A DNA stretch of 62,232 nt, counting the filler, from Chiloscyllium plagiosum (Eukaryota), in assembly GCF_004010195.1 (NCBI RefSeq). It is 5 parts of one record of this genome, joined end to end, with 100 filler letters (N's around TTAATTAATTAA, not from the genome) between each part and the next. Parts side by side here need not be neighbours in the genome. Positions count along the whole stretch, not along the records: positions 20,510 to 29,478 come from NC_057715.1; positions 29,579 to 53,689 come from NC_057715.1; 3 more parts are not named here. The stretch is one strand, 5' to 3'. The position numbers and the translations under genes are program-made. Under the pieces are notes generated by a model that saw only the letters and a list, made by a program, of their open reading frames with translations, was not told the origin of the DNA and searched no databases. Shown one piece after another: positions 24,732 to 36,486 of this stretch; positions within the stretch are counted from its first letter, which is position 1, and each line of letters begins with the position of its first letter.

Positions 24732-27700
24732 ATAATGCTAAAGATGTGACATTGAGGACAAAAATGACCTCCACATTTCTTGCTGAACATGTTTGCAAAT
24801 GTTTCATTCATGTGTTTTGCACCAATGTGCTGGGGTTCCCAGTTATAGAGGACAGGGTCAGTTTATTTGAATAAACCTGTTAGACTATAACCTGGTGTTG
24901 TGTGACTTCTGTCTTTGCCCAACACTGGCACCTCCACAACATTGAGGACAAGGATATAGAAGCTGCCCCTTCCTTGAGATTCGTTATGTCAGGATCTTTC
25001 CAGTCTGAGAGAAGACAATGTCTCCAATTTGTTTTTGCAGATTTCCATACACTATTTTGGAAGAGAATTTACTGAAATTTTATATACAGGAGAGGGTAAT
25101 GCATTTGCTAAGTGCCAAACTGGTAAAGCTGTAGCACAGGTCCACAGTCAAGAGATGAGATCTATATTCTTTAATCCAGTCAGTTGGTAAATGGTGGAGT
25201 TCTGCCAGATTTATTGAATGGTGTATTCTCAACACATGTTCCAAGATGGAACTCCTGCCAATATTGGGGTCTTATCCTTGTCATTGGAAATTGAAGTGGG
25301 CACTGTGTCTGCCCAAAAGAATACTCCTGACAGAAGGACAGCCACACAGAATAGATCAGTACACCTGTCCCCTTCATTTTAACTCCATTGTTGCTATCTT
25401 CTTGCTAGATATGCAGTCATAAATCTCCCAAAGCATAATAAGCACTAATTCTGGGCAGTGTGCCTCCTTCTCCATTTGCTATTCATTTTAGTTCAACAAT
25501 GTCCACACCTCCTTCTTTTGGAATGTATTTGTATTCAAAACATTTAATGTCAAACACAAATCCACAATGCTTTCAAGTAGGTATTCATTGCTAAAGCCAT
25601 GCAACTTCACAAATTCACGACACAGCCTGGTTAGTTCTGCATGCTGCTGCAGCTGTACCCACCCTTAATGTGCTTGACGGAAACATTCATTTTGCATTTT
25701 GAAAAGTTAGGTAATTTCACGTAAGGCAGGTTTAGTTGGTATTTAACCAAGGGACGAATCTCTTTAGTGAGGGACTGTGCATTGCCACTAACGATTAGTT
25801 TGTGGCCAGAAAGGAATTTCAAATGAAGTGGTAAAATGAAAATTCATGAGGACACTTGAAATATGCATCCCAAGATGCCAATTTTGTTGCATTTTAAACA
25901 TAATGGCCTGCACTTCACCGTTAACATTGAGGCTATAAGCATGCAGTGCAATAACAAGTAAATTGGACTTAAAGGAAAAGATAAAGAAAAATGTGAAATT
26001 CAATATTGCAGTAAATCTCAAAACGTGGCAAAATGTGGAGGAGAATTGACAAGGAAATCAGGAAAACAAAGAGAGACCATTAAAAATACTGACAAGTGGA
26101 AAAAAAAGGAAAGAAAAATGTTTTTATCAATACCGAATTATGTTAGGGCTGACTTTCAGACAGCATCTGGGAAACTTGTGGATGGGGCTGGGATTGTTTG
26201 GGCCTTCAAACAATATTTTTGTGTCTATTTTCACTAAAGTTGTATTTATTGCCAATGCCACCACTAGATGATGCAGTGACCAGCACACTCAGAAAATGAT
26301 CAAAGTGGTTAAGTTGGACAGTAAACGATGGACCCAGCAATGTGGTTTGAGTGGGGAAGCTATCCAGCAGTGCTGGGGGCAGTGAAAGCAATGGTACCCC
26401 AGCAGCAAGTGGTTGGAGTGGCCAGTGGGATGACTTGGGGCAATGTTGATAATGTTGTAATGTTGATAAATCCCAGATATGGGTGAAATGCATTTTAGGT
26501 TGTAAGGGAAGCACAAGAATAATATCAAAGGCCCTGACCATCATTTTTAGTTTTCTTTGGTTAAAGTTGTGGTGGTAGAGGAATGGAGGAGCTGATGCTG
26601 TACAATGGTTTACAAATTGAGCAAGGATTAGGTTGAACATTTACAAGCTCGTTAGTCTTATCTCAACTGTCAGGAAAGTACCGGAAAATGTTTACAACAT
26701 TGTGTACTTACGTCGCAGTAGCGACCACCTCATTGAAACCAAAAGAAAATATAATCTTTCAAACGAGATTTCAGTCTGGGATCTTACTTGTCCAGTAATA
26801 ACATCAGCTGGGAGCATGACAACAAAAATGGTTTAGCTATGAAGCCCCAGGAGCTATGAGTTAAAAAAATTGCAGATGGTTAAAAAAAAGTGGGCCATGT
26901 GCTAGAAGAGTTCTGAAAAGAGAGTCACAATGGACTTAAAAAGCAACTCTCCAGAGATTCTCTCTGCCCAGACCTACTGAATTTCTCCAACACTTTGTGT
27001 TTTTCTATTAGTTGTAAATATATTTGGGAGCCTGAGGTGATGCATAGAGTGGACATTTTAAAGCACAGTAAAATATATATACATACAACCTAGTGTCATC
27101 TCTGCATAGATCCAAGATTGTAAAATAGTCGATAAATAATATTAGGCTGAAGCTGACATTTATTTGCTTAAGTCTGAGTTGTGTTGATGTTTTTGGAGAG
27201 ATCTCTGCCACATGGAGTTGTGAGTTCTCTTTCCATATCTTACCAATCTTACATATCTTAACTATCTCTCCATCTTACAGCCTCCATTGTGTCTAATTCT
27301 AACTCCATAAGACCATTATCTCTTGCACTTGCGCCATCTTTGAAAGTGCTTTGTGTATCCCAATGAACACTCGCATTCTGAAGCTGCTCTAATGGATCAA
27401 AAATGTTTGCAGAAGATGTCAGAGAAGGGGAAGATGCCACCATTACAGTGACAACCATCTTGAGCTGCTGCAAAAGACAGGAGTCCTCTCCCAGAAGACT
27501 ACCAGAGGAGGCCACAATATCAGACTCTGACAGCTTGGTCCAATGTTTCCACTTAGGTCCTTGATATCTCAGTGATCCGGAGAAATAGCCAGCAGTGCGA
27601 TAAAGAGGAGCCATACCCTTCTCTCTGTGACCTGTCATTCACTCTATCTCTGTTACTCCATCTATTTCCCACAATGGACTATGTTCTATGCACTATCATG

Positions 27701-27769
27701 TCTGTGCAGAAAATCAAGCATCTATTTTTGTAATCCTATTTTGTTGCACCGGGGTCATGCATTTCAAGT

Positions 27770-28420
27770 AAACATCTAAATAATTCTTAAATGTGAAGGT
27801 CGCTGCTTTGCACCTATTTTGACAGTGAACCCCAGGTAGCCACCATCTTTTAACTAATAAATTCTTCCTTAAATCCCCTAAACATCCAGCTCCTCACATT
27901 AAAACTCTGTCACACTTATTGACCCCTCTACGAAGAGGAAGCATTTCTCTCTGTCTACCTTATCTATTCCCCTCATAAACTTGGACATTGTGATGAAGTT
28001 CCCCACCACAACCTTCCCTGCACTAAGAAAAACAACACCAGGTATCTAATCTTTCTTCATAACTGAATCCTTCTAGCCAAGGCAAAACTGTAGTCAATTT
28101 GTTCTGCGAGTCTAGAAGTCAAATGACACTGGTTACAGGTAAAGTGGCAACGCTCAGAAAGCTTGCGACTTCAAATAAACCTGTTGGACAAAGGTGTTAT
28201 CAGACTTCTGACCTTGTCCAACCCAGTCCAATACCGGCACCTCAACAATTTGTTCTGCATTGTGCAATCATATCCTTCTTATGTTGTTGCAATCAGAACT
28301 GCACATAAGTACTCCAGCTGTGGTCTAACTATCATGTTCTGCAGCTCCATCATAAACTCCTTATTCATTCAATGCATTGACTAATGAAGGCAAGTATCCC
28401 ATAAACCTTGCGTGGCTTCT
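27770..28420 (-). mobile_element. Old CR1 3' fragment with a Penelope-type insert at ~28105-28245
   Basis: Degenerate reverse-complement match to the CR1 C-terminus (accagaactgcac..tactccagctgtggtctaac). The insert carries aataaacctgttggac. Confidence 0.55.
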
Positions 28421-28938
28421 TAAACATATACTAACTATTGCATAGAACATCTTGCCTGAACCAATTTCACCACTTGAACTTCCCACATTTCTACCGTGCA
28501 TGGTGTTTGCACTGTCTCCTTACTCCTTCCATACACCTCACCAACTTCCACCCATCTGTACCAACATTTAACAACTGTACAATTCACTGTCATCTCTTTC
28601 CATCCCTCCCTTTCTCTGATTACAGGAGAAGGCAGAACAGGATGAGTCTGTGCTGTAGAGGGGGCTGGATATTAGGCTCTTTACCCCCTACGAAAGAACT
28701 CTGGCTCTCGCAGGAACAGACCAAAATGGCAGGGCATTTATGCCCAACAGAGTAATTACTACTCTTTATTCTGTTGCAATTTTTGTGTTAACCCCACTGT
28801 CAGTGTCAATAATCACACCACTTGTAACAACTAGCTACACACCTTCTCTCTCTTATGGCTCTCAAATACTACCAGTACGTCCACCATCTCAGCCGAGAAA
28901 TGCCCCAGAAACTGTCCCCTCAGAGGACTGTCAGAGAT

Positions 28939-29265
28939 GGGAGGCAGTAGCCTAGTAGTATTATCGCTGGACTGTTAAACAGGAGATCCAGGTTCAAATC
29001 CCACCATGGCAGATGGTGGGATTTGAATTCAATGAAAATCTGGAATTAAGAGTCTAATGATGACCATTGCCAATTGTTGGAAAAGCCCATCTGTTTCATG
29101 AACATCCTTTAAGGAAGAAAACTGCCATCCTTACTTGGTCTGGTGTACATGTGATACTAGACCCATAGCAGTGTGATTGACTATTAACTGCCCTCTGGGC
29201 AATTAGAGATGGGCAATAAATACTGGCCTAGCCAACAATGCCATTATCCCCTGAATGAATAAAAC
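28939..29265 (+). mobile_element. tRNA-derived SINE (family distinct from HE1)
   Basis: A box tagcctagtagt and B box ggttcaaatccc. Body shared with degenerate copies near 15395 and 49370. 3' end gggcaataaatactggcc..tgaataaaa. Confidence 0.7.
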
Positions 29266-29315
29266 AAAGGTACCTGCTTAGCACCAGGCAGGATAGGAGC
29301 CTGTGGTGTTGGCAA

Positions 29316-29478
29316 TCCTCCCTCCCCTTCCTAGAAATTCACCTGGACAGTCTCGGACTCCTCCCTCCCCTTCCTAGACAACACCTTCCACCCCGACCTC
29401 AAATTCACCTGGACAGTCTCGGACTCCTCCCTCCCCTTCCTAGACATTACCTTTCACCCCGACCTCAAATTCACCTGG
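29316..29478 (+). repeat. 66-bp tandem repeat derived from Penelope RT coding sequence
   Basis: aattcacctgg recurs at 29336, 29402 and 29468. The unit matches 18685-18750. Confidence 0.8.
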
Positions 29479-29578
29479 NNNNNNNNNNNNNNNNNNNNNN
29501 NNNNNNNNNNNNNNNNNNNNNNTTAATTAATTAANNNNNNNNNNNNNNNNNNNNNNNNNNNNNNNNNNNNNNNNNNNN
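29479..29578. other. Scaffold gap spacer
   Basis: N44 TTAATTAATTAA N44. Confidence 0.97.
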
Positions 29579-29962
29579 TTATCTGATTCTGTGCTGTGAA
29601 CTTCGCCCAACAGTTCCTCCAAGATTAGTTGTGAATTTCACTGTTTGTTAATTTTCCCATATGCACGCCGATGTCCAGCGATACACAAATTCAAACAGCA
29701 AAGGCAGTAACTGTGCAGGTTTTCTCTCTCCTGCACTGTCCTCACCGTGTGCTTCCTTTGTCTGCTCTTCTCCCTTTTAAACTGCTGTTGTTTTGACTTT
29801 TTTTTCCAAAGTTCCAAAACAGTGCAACAGCATATAAAACAGTAATTGCTGCTCCTGGAATTCGAGGAAATCACCTCCAACACCTCAAATACCTCAAAAA
29901 AAGGAGCAGTTTTTCCAGCCAAATGTTTTTCCCATCCTCCATCTTGGAGTACCCAGAATCCC
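29579..29962 (-). mobile_element. CR1 LINE 5'UTR (apparent 5' end of the family seen at 19122)
   Basis: Reverse complement is near-identical to 19125-19310 and extends ~200 bp further 5'. Confidence 0.8.
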
Positions 29963-31708
29963 TTCTTCTGAAATTTCTGAAGAATCATCTCTGGACTCAA
30001 AAAGGGAACTCTGTTTTCTTTCCACAGATGCTGCCAGACCTGCTGAGTATATCCTGCAATTTCTGTTATTGTTTATGATCAGTTACAGTCTCCAGCTGCC
30101 TCTCTGGAGCCAGATTTCTTGCATACTCAGGCTGACTGTTCTGTTGTATCATTCACTTGATACAGATTTTAGAAGGCAGAACCACCCTTGCCACAGAGCT
30201 TGCTTACTTTCTGTCAACTGGTTGCAGTGCCATTTAGTTTGACACATCTCACAATTGCCAGTGCTGTTGTTTTTCTATAATAGCTTTGCATTTTCTACCA
30301 TATGCTAGTAGAGAATCAAGGCTGTGATCTTTCTTTATCTGCATGAGGTCTTTTTGGAATGCTTCAATAGTTGTTGAGGGAATCACCAACTCTATTATTC
30401 ATTCTGGCAGTCCAGCCTCTGAACAGTCACATTCATTGCTTTGTTACAGTATTACTGACAGATTGATTTATCGAGTCCTGTGGCCTTTGTCTGCAGGACA
30501 TTCATTCTAAGTGACGGTTTCCAAATTTGACTCTCATATACAGCTGGTCTTCCAGCACTTTGCATATATCTGAGGGATCTTTTTGACCCTCTTCAGATCA
30601 CTCCAAGGCATTGAATCTGTGAAGCCCCTCATTAACAACTGTGGTGAATATTTTCACAGCTTGCCTAACTGGTTCTGCAAAATTAAATTTAGCTGCAATC
30701 TTATTTTAAGGGGGTTGTGCTCTGTTCGGAAATCTGTGACTTCTCAATTTTTGGGGAGAGTTTTGTTGTCCATCTTTTTGCTGTTCTTTTGTCTTTTCAC
30801 TTTACGTTTAACTTTGCTCACACCTTCTGTGCTTTCAGCTCTCTATCTACTGTTCTTTTCTATTTCTTTGGCTTATAGCTTGTTTTAGGATTGTTCTGTG
30901 GCTCAGTAGTGTTCCTAAACAAAGTCTGCTTTTTGTTTTATCGTTGCTTGAATTTAGGTACACTTCTCTTAGTTCAGTGAAGGCTGATACCCTGTCAAAC
31001 TTACAGAAGAGTGAGTTTGAATCAGCTGTCATCAGCTGTATCATCTGGGAGATCCCTGTAGTCTACAAATAAATCTTATTGTTTCTAAACTGCAGGAACT
31101 TTTGGGTTGCTGTTAAATTTTTGCTTGTTGTTGTTCCCTTTGACTTGGAAGACTGTTTCTGAAGAAGTCATACCAGACTTGAAATATTTACTTTTGCTTC
31201 TCTCTCCATAGAAACTGTCAAATGTGTTGAGATTCTCCAACATTCTCTGTGCTCGCTGTTCTGATTTAAAAAGTAAAAATCGCAGCTGTACACCACATAA
31301 AATATTGTTGCATTATCTAATCATAAACACAAATGAGGAACATAGATTTCATTCAATTGAATGTCTCTGATGGGATTATTTATAGCTAAACATATGCATA
31401 CAGTACAAAGCAATCTCCAGGCACAGCCTCAAGTGCTGCAATGCAGAAAGTCTCTGAGCTATGGTTCTCTGATATATTAGAATACTTGGTTTACTTACAT
31501 TTTCAGCTCTTAAGGAAATAGTACTTATGAGGTGATATTACATCACAAAGTTATTTGAAAAATTGATCAATTTTGATTTAAAGTGAAACATAGCTGACTA
31601 AATGTTGGAGCCTGTTCCTTAATGGAACGGTCTTCTCTTATTCCTAGTCTCCAGAGGAAAAAATGTCTGGACCTCTTAAAAATTTCCATGATTGATCATT
31701 GACTTTAG

Positions 31709-31819
31709 ATCAACAATGCTGAAAGATATTTTAGTTCAGATAGATGAAGGATTTCTGGAAACTATGCCAAGTCATTTGTCATCTTTCAAAAACTTTGAAA
31801 AAAGGATATCTGGTCTAAA
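31709..31819 (+). CDS. Candidate internal coding exon of an unidentified host gene (STMLKDILVQIDEGFLETMPSHLSSFKNFEKRISGL)
   Basis: ctttag acceptor and gtatgt donor. 111 bp, phase 2-2, only one open frame, in non-repetitive sequence. Confidence 0.45.
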
Positions 31820-32730
31820 GTATGTTTGTTGTTTGCATTATTTCAAAACCGAACCCAACGTTATTGGTCCTAATGAAGATTTGGACCAAGCATTTATGTA
31901 AATTTTGTATTAGTGTTAACCTACCGTATGTTCATTTTATTGTTGATTTTTTTTAAAAATGCTATCCTCATTCATGTTTTAGTTGGTAGCATGTGAGAAC
32001 AATAAGATACCTTGTTCTTCAGTGACATAACTTGAAGTAGTCCTAACTACAGACATTATGCATTTATTAAAATTTACCTTATGGCCATTTGAAGCTGCCC
32101 TCAAGGCCAGTAAAAGTAGATTTAATATTTTCTGCTTATCTGTAAAGTATTAGTTTAATGTTTCACAAAATTTTACACCCTTCAGTAAAAATATCCTAGC
32201 AATAAAATATTCTAATAAGCTAAGATGAGAGTTTGGACCACTCGTTTTCTTCAGAGGATTATAAAATCTGCCTGGAGCTTTCATTAGTGTCTAGTGAGAC
32301 AAAAATATGACTTCAACCTCATTCTTTAAGCTCTAAAATTTTATTTCCAGCTCGAAAATTTCCATTTCAAATCTCATATGTGCAGCTTTCTACATATCTT
32401 TATTTACCCTGTCAGACCAAATTACATTTTAGAATAAATCCAAATAAGCACTAACTCTTACTGTTGCCGCAATATCTTTGCACATTAATTCACCCTATAC
32501 CTTTATAGAAAGTGCCTGATGGAAATCCACTGAAATTGGATTCATGTAGACAAGTACAGATGTCCATTGAACACCATGAGTAAACTGGTAATGTCTTATC
32601 AGAACACTCTTTAAAACTTGACTTGCATTTTACAATATAGTTATTACATAAATATATTACGTGAACAATAATAAAGGACAAAAATACAAGGATTTCTGAA
32701 CATTAATCATATCTTTTTCCCTTGGAGAAG

Positions 32731-32762
32731 TGAGGAAATGCTGAAAGCTGGAGCAATCAAAG
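32731..32762 (+). CDS. Candidate micro-exon (EEMLKAGAIK)
   Basis: Pyrimidine tract plus tandem GAG/AAG acceptor and strong AAG|gtaagt donor. In frame after 31709-31819. Confidence 0.3.
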
Positions 32763-32862
32763 GTAAGTTGAGCAAGCAATATCATTCTTAGTTTGCAATT
32801 TATTGAAAAGGAGGAAAGAAGAGCATTGTTATGTTGACCATAACATTATTCCTTAAGCTATC

Positions 32863-33270
32863 TAAACTACTAGGCACTGTCCCAATCTAGTCCCACCTGC
32901 CAGCAGCTGCCCCACATCCCTCCAAACACTTCCATTCATATACCCATCCAAATGCCTTCTAAATGTTGCAACTGTACTAGCCTCCACCACTTCCTCTGGC
33001 AGCTCATTCCATATATGCACCACCCTCTGTGTGAACAAGTTGCCCCTCAGGTCTCTTTCATATCTTTCCCCTCTCAAGCTAAACCTATGCCCTCTAGTTC
33101 TGGACTCCATCAACCCAGGGAAAAGACTTTGTCTATTTATCCTATCCATGCCTCTCATGATGTTATGAACCTGTCTAAGGTCACCCCTCAGCCTCCAAGG
33201 CTCTATTGAAAACAGCCTTTATCACTCCCAATAACTCAAATCCTCTAACCCTGGCAACATACTTGTGAAA
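32863..33270 (-). mobile_element. CR1 (HER1-like) 3' fragment
   Basis: ORF 32862-33158 reads MRGMDRINRQSLFP..FTQRVVHIWNELP. Confidence 0.85.
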
Positions 33271-33380
33271 CTTGAAAGGGATCTGAAAATACATCTTCTT
33301 AACAGAGTTTAGACCACCCTCCTGGAATTTCACACCATGTACTGCTCTGTGTAACATTCAAGTCAAACTAACAGAAAATA

Positions 33381-34280
33381 ATAGAGTCATAGAGATGTAC
33401 AGCATGGAAACAGACCATACGGTCCAACCCATCCATGCCGACCAGAGATCCCAACCCAATCTAGTCCCACCTGCCAGCACCCAGCCCATTTCCCTCCAAA
33501 CCCTTCCTATTCCCCTCTAGTTCTGGAATCCCCGACCCCAGGGAAAAGACTTTGCCTATTTACCCTATCCATGCCCCTCAATTTTGTAAACCTCTATAAA
33601 GTCACCCCTCAGCCTCTGAGGCTCCAGGGAAAACAGCCCGAGCCTGTTCAGCCTCTCCCTGTAGCCTCCAACCCTGGCAACATCCTTGTAAATCTTTTCT
33701 GAACCCTTTCAAGTTTCACAACATCTTTCCGATAGGAAGGAGACCAGAATTGCACGCAATATTCCAACAGTGGCCTAACCAATATCCTGTACAGCCGCAA
33801 CTTGACCTCCCAACTCCTGTACTCAATACTCTTACCAATAAAGGAAAGCATACCAAATGCTGCCTTCACTATCCTATCTACCTGTGACTGCACTTTCAAG
33901 GAGCTATGAACTTGCATTCCAAGGTCTCTATGTTCAGTAACACTCCCGAGGACCTTGGCCCATCTGGTCAAGATTCTGTTGTAATCTGAGGTAACTTTCT
34001 TCGCTGTCCACTACACCTCCAATTTTGGTGTCATCTGCAAACTTACTAACTGTACTTCTTATGCTCGCATCCAAATCATTTATGCAAATGACAAAAAGTA
34101 GAGGATCCAGCACCGATCCTTGTGGCACTCCACTGGTCACAAGACTCCAGTCTGAAAAACAACCCTCTACCACCACCCTCTGTCTTCTACCTTTGAGCCA
34201 GTTCTGTATCCAAATGGCTAGTTCTCCCTGTATTCCGTGAGATCTAACCTTGCTAATCAGTCTCCCGTGGGGAACCTTGA
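33381..34280 (-). mobile_element. CR1 (HER1-like) 3' fragment with RT motifs
   Basis: SGVPQGSVL and KFADDTK (ORF 33934-34368), LEYCVQFWSP, and tail tagagtcatagag. Confidence 0.9.
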
Positions 34281-34547
34281 TGGGAAGCTCTGATTCTTCC
34301 CTGAGATTATAGGAAAGCAACAAAAACCCATTATGCTTGAGTGGCATTAAGCTTACCATGTCTCTCATGAAATGACGAATGGGTTGGCCAGGGACATAGA
34401 CCTTTAACCTTCTATACTTGGGGAGGAGATAATTGTTCTATTTTTGTTGATATCCAGCAAGGGAAATAGAAGAATGATAATTAAACTGAAAATGCATATT
34501 TATGGAAAGGGTCAGATGGCCTACTCCTGCTCCCAGTTCTTATGATC

Positions 34548-35735
34548 TATGGAATACAAGGTTAGTAAATGTGAAGTCATACATGTTGGTAGAAGTAACA
34601 GCAAAATAAATTATTTCTTGAATGGTAAAGAGTTGCAGCATGCTGATTTACAGAGGGAACTGGATGTCCTTGTGCATGAATTGCAAAAGGTTGGTCTGGA
34701 GGTACAAGTAATTAGGAAGGCAGATGGAATTTTGTCCTTCATTGCTAAAGGGGTTGAGTTTAAAAGCAGAGAGGTAATGTTACAGCTGTACAAGATGGTG
34801 GTGAGGCCACACCTGGAGTACTGTGTGCAGTTTGGTCTCCTTACTTAAGAAAGGATATACTGGCACAGGAGGGGGTGCACAGGATGTTCACTAGGTTGAT
34901 TCCAGAGTTGAGGGGGATTGACTTCTGAGGAGAGGCTGAGTAGATTGAGATTATATTCATTGGAATTCAGAAGAATGAGGAGGCATCTTATAGAAACGTA
35001 TAAAATTATGAAGGGAATCGATAAAACAGAAATAGAGAGGATGTTTCCACTGGTAGGTGAAACCAGGACAAGAGGGACCAAAAGAGAAAATGCTGGAAAA
35101 TCTCAGCAGGTCTGGCAGCATCTGTAAGGAGAGAAAAGAGCTGATGTTTCGAGTCTAACTGACCCTTTGTCAAAGCTCAGGGAGAGAAGAGCAGTACTTC
35201 TTCAGGGTAGGCACTCCTGGAAGAGAGGTGGCAGTGGGTTAAACACTGGATAAAAGCAAATTACTGCGGATGGAATCTGAAACCAAAAGAGCTTTGGCAA
35301 AGGGTCAGTTAGACTCGAAATGTCAGCTCTTTTCTCTCCTTACAGATGCTGCTAGACCTGCTGATATTTTCCAGCATTTTCTCTTTTGGTTTTAGATTCC
35401 AGCATCCGCAGTAATTTGCTTTTATCTAGGACATGAGGGCATGGCCTCAAGATTAGAGGAAGTAGGTTGAGAACTGAACTGAGAAGGAACTTCTTCACCC
35501 AGAGAGTTGCTAATCTATGGAATTCCTTGCCCAGGAAAGTAGTTAACGTTACTTCAGTAATCACTTTTAAAGCTAAGATAGTTACTTTTTTGAAAAATAA
35601 AGGAGTTAAGGGATATGGTGAAAATGCAGGTAAGTGGAGCTGAGTCCATGAAAAGATTACCCATGATTACCTTGAGTGGCAGAGCAGGCTCGAAGGGCCA
35701 GACAGCCAACTCCTGTTCCTAGTTCTTATGTTCTA
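34548..35735 (+). mobile_element. CR1 3' fragment interrupted by a Penelope-type insert
   Basis: ORFs 34549 (KCEVIH..LEYCVQF) and 34918. Tail agttcttatgttct. Confidence 0.88.
35077..35425. mobile_element. Penelope-type fold-back insert with TSD
   Basis: Inverted arms of ~100 bp at 35077-35177 and 35290-35390. TSD ccaggacaagaggg / ctaggacatgaggg. Hammerhead-like TTGRCAAAGGGTCAGTTAGACTCGAAA. Confidence 0.72.
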
Positions 35736-35934
35736 AATGGCTCTGTCATATGACCAACTCCCATCCTCCTCCCTCCAGATAGCCTTAGAATAGGTTAAGT
35801 GTAACCTTTCAATCTCATTGTATTAGCTTAGTCAGAAGCGGTTTGCTTTTAATATTCCAATCAGTCTGTAAGTACTACCTGATAACACTACAGTCAAACT
35901 CCAGGCTTACCTATGTCCGTACATCAATATTATT

Positions 35935-36276
35935 GGTGCAGCACGGTGGCTCAATGATTAGCACTGCAGCCTCCCAGCACCAGGGACCTGGGTTCAATTC
36001 CAGCCTCTGAGAACTGTCTGTGCCGAGTTTACACATTCTTTCATGTCTGCCTGGGTTTCCTTTGACTGCTGTGGTTTCCTACAACAGTCAAAGATGTGCA
36101 GGTTAGGTGGATTGGTCATGCTTAATTGCCCATAGTATCCATAGATGTGTAGGTTAAGTTGATTATCTATGGGAGGTGCAGAGTTCCAGGAATAGTTTGG
36201 AGGGAGGGCCTGCTCTTCAAAGGGTCAGTGTGGACTTGTTGTGCCAAATCGCCTGTTTCCACACTAAGGACTCTAA
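35935..36276 (+). mobile_element. HE1-type tRNA-derived SINE
   Basis: gcacggtggctca A box and ggttcaattcc B box. Body aaagatgtgcaggttaggtggattgg and CR1-like tail gcctgtttccacact. Confidence 0.85.
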
Positions 36277-36421
36277 AACTATGCTGATGTGCCTTCAACA
36301 ACTTCACAAGCAATTTAGTAATTTCAGCCAATTCCACCCACCTACATTTGTGAGCCCCTCTTTTTGGAGTGCGACATGCCTGAAAATGCAATATGAATAA
36401 TCTGACTTTCAGTTTCTTTAG

Positions 36422-36486
36422 ATATTCTCCAATCGGGGAGAAACTAGAAAGGTCACTTTTTAATGCACTGTTAGAAGTCAGTGATG
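36422..36486 (+). CDS. Candidate coding exon (YSPIGEKLERSLFNALLEVSD)
   Basis: tttctttag acceptor and G|gtgagg donor. Phase 2 start, in frame if spliced directly to 31709-31819. Confidence 0.35.

Noticed and set aside
27258..27638. 126-aa minus-strand ORF
   Set aside because: No recognisable motif or splice context. Length is compatible with chance.
35935..36005. tRNA gene-like A/B boxes (also 28939, 41290, 45770)
   Set aside because: These are SINE heads continuing into SINE bodies, not tRNA genes.
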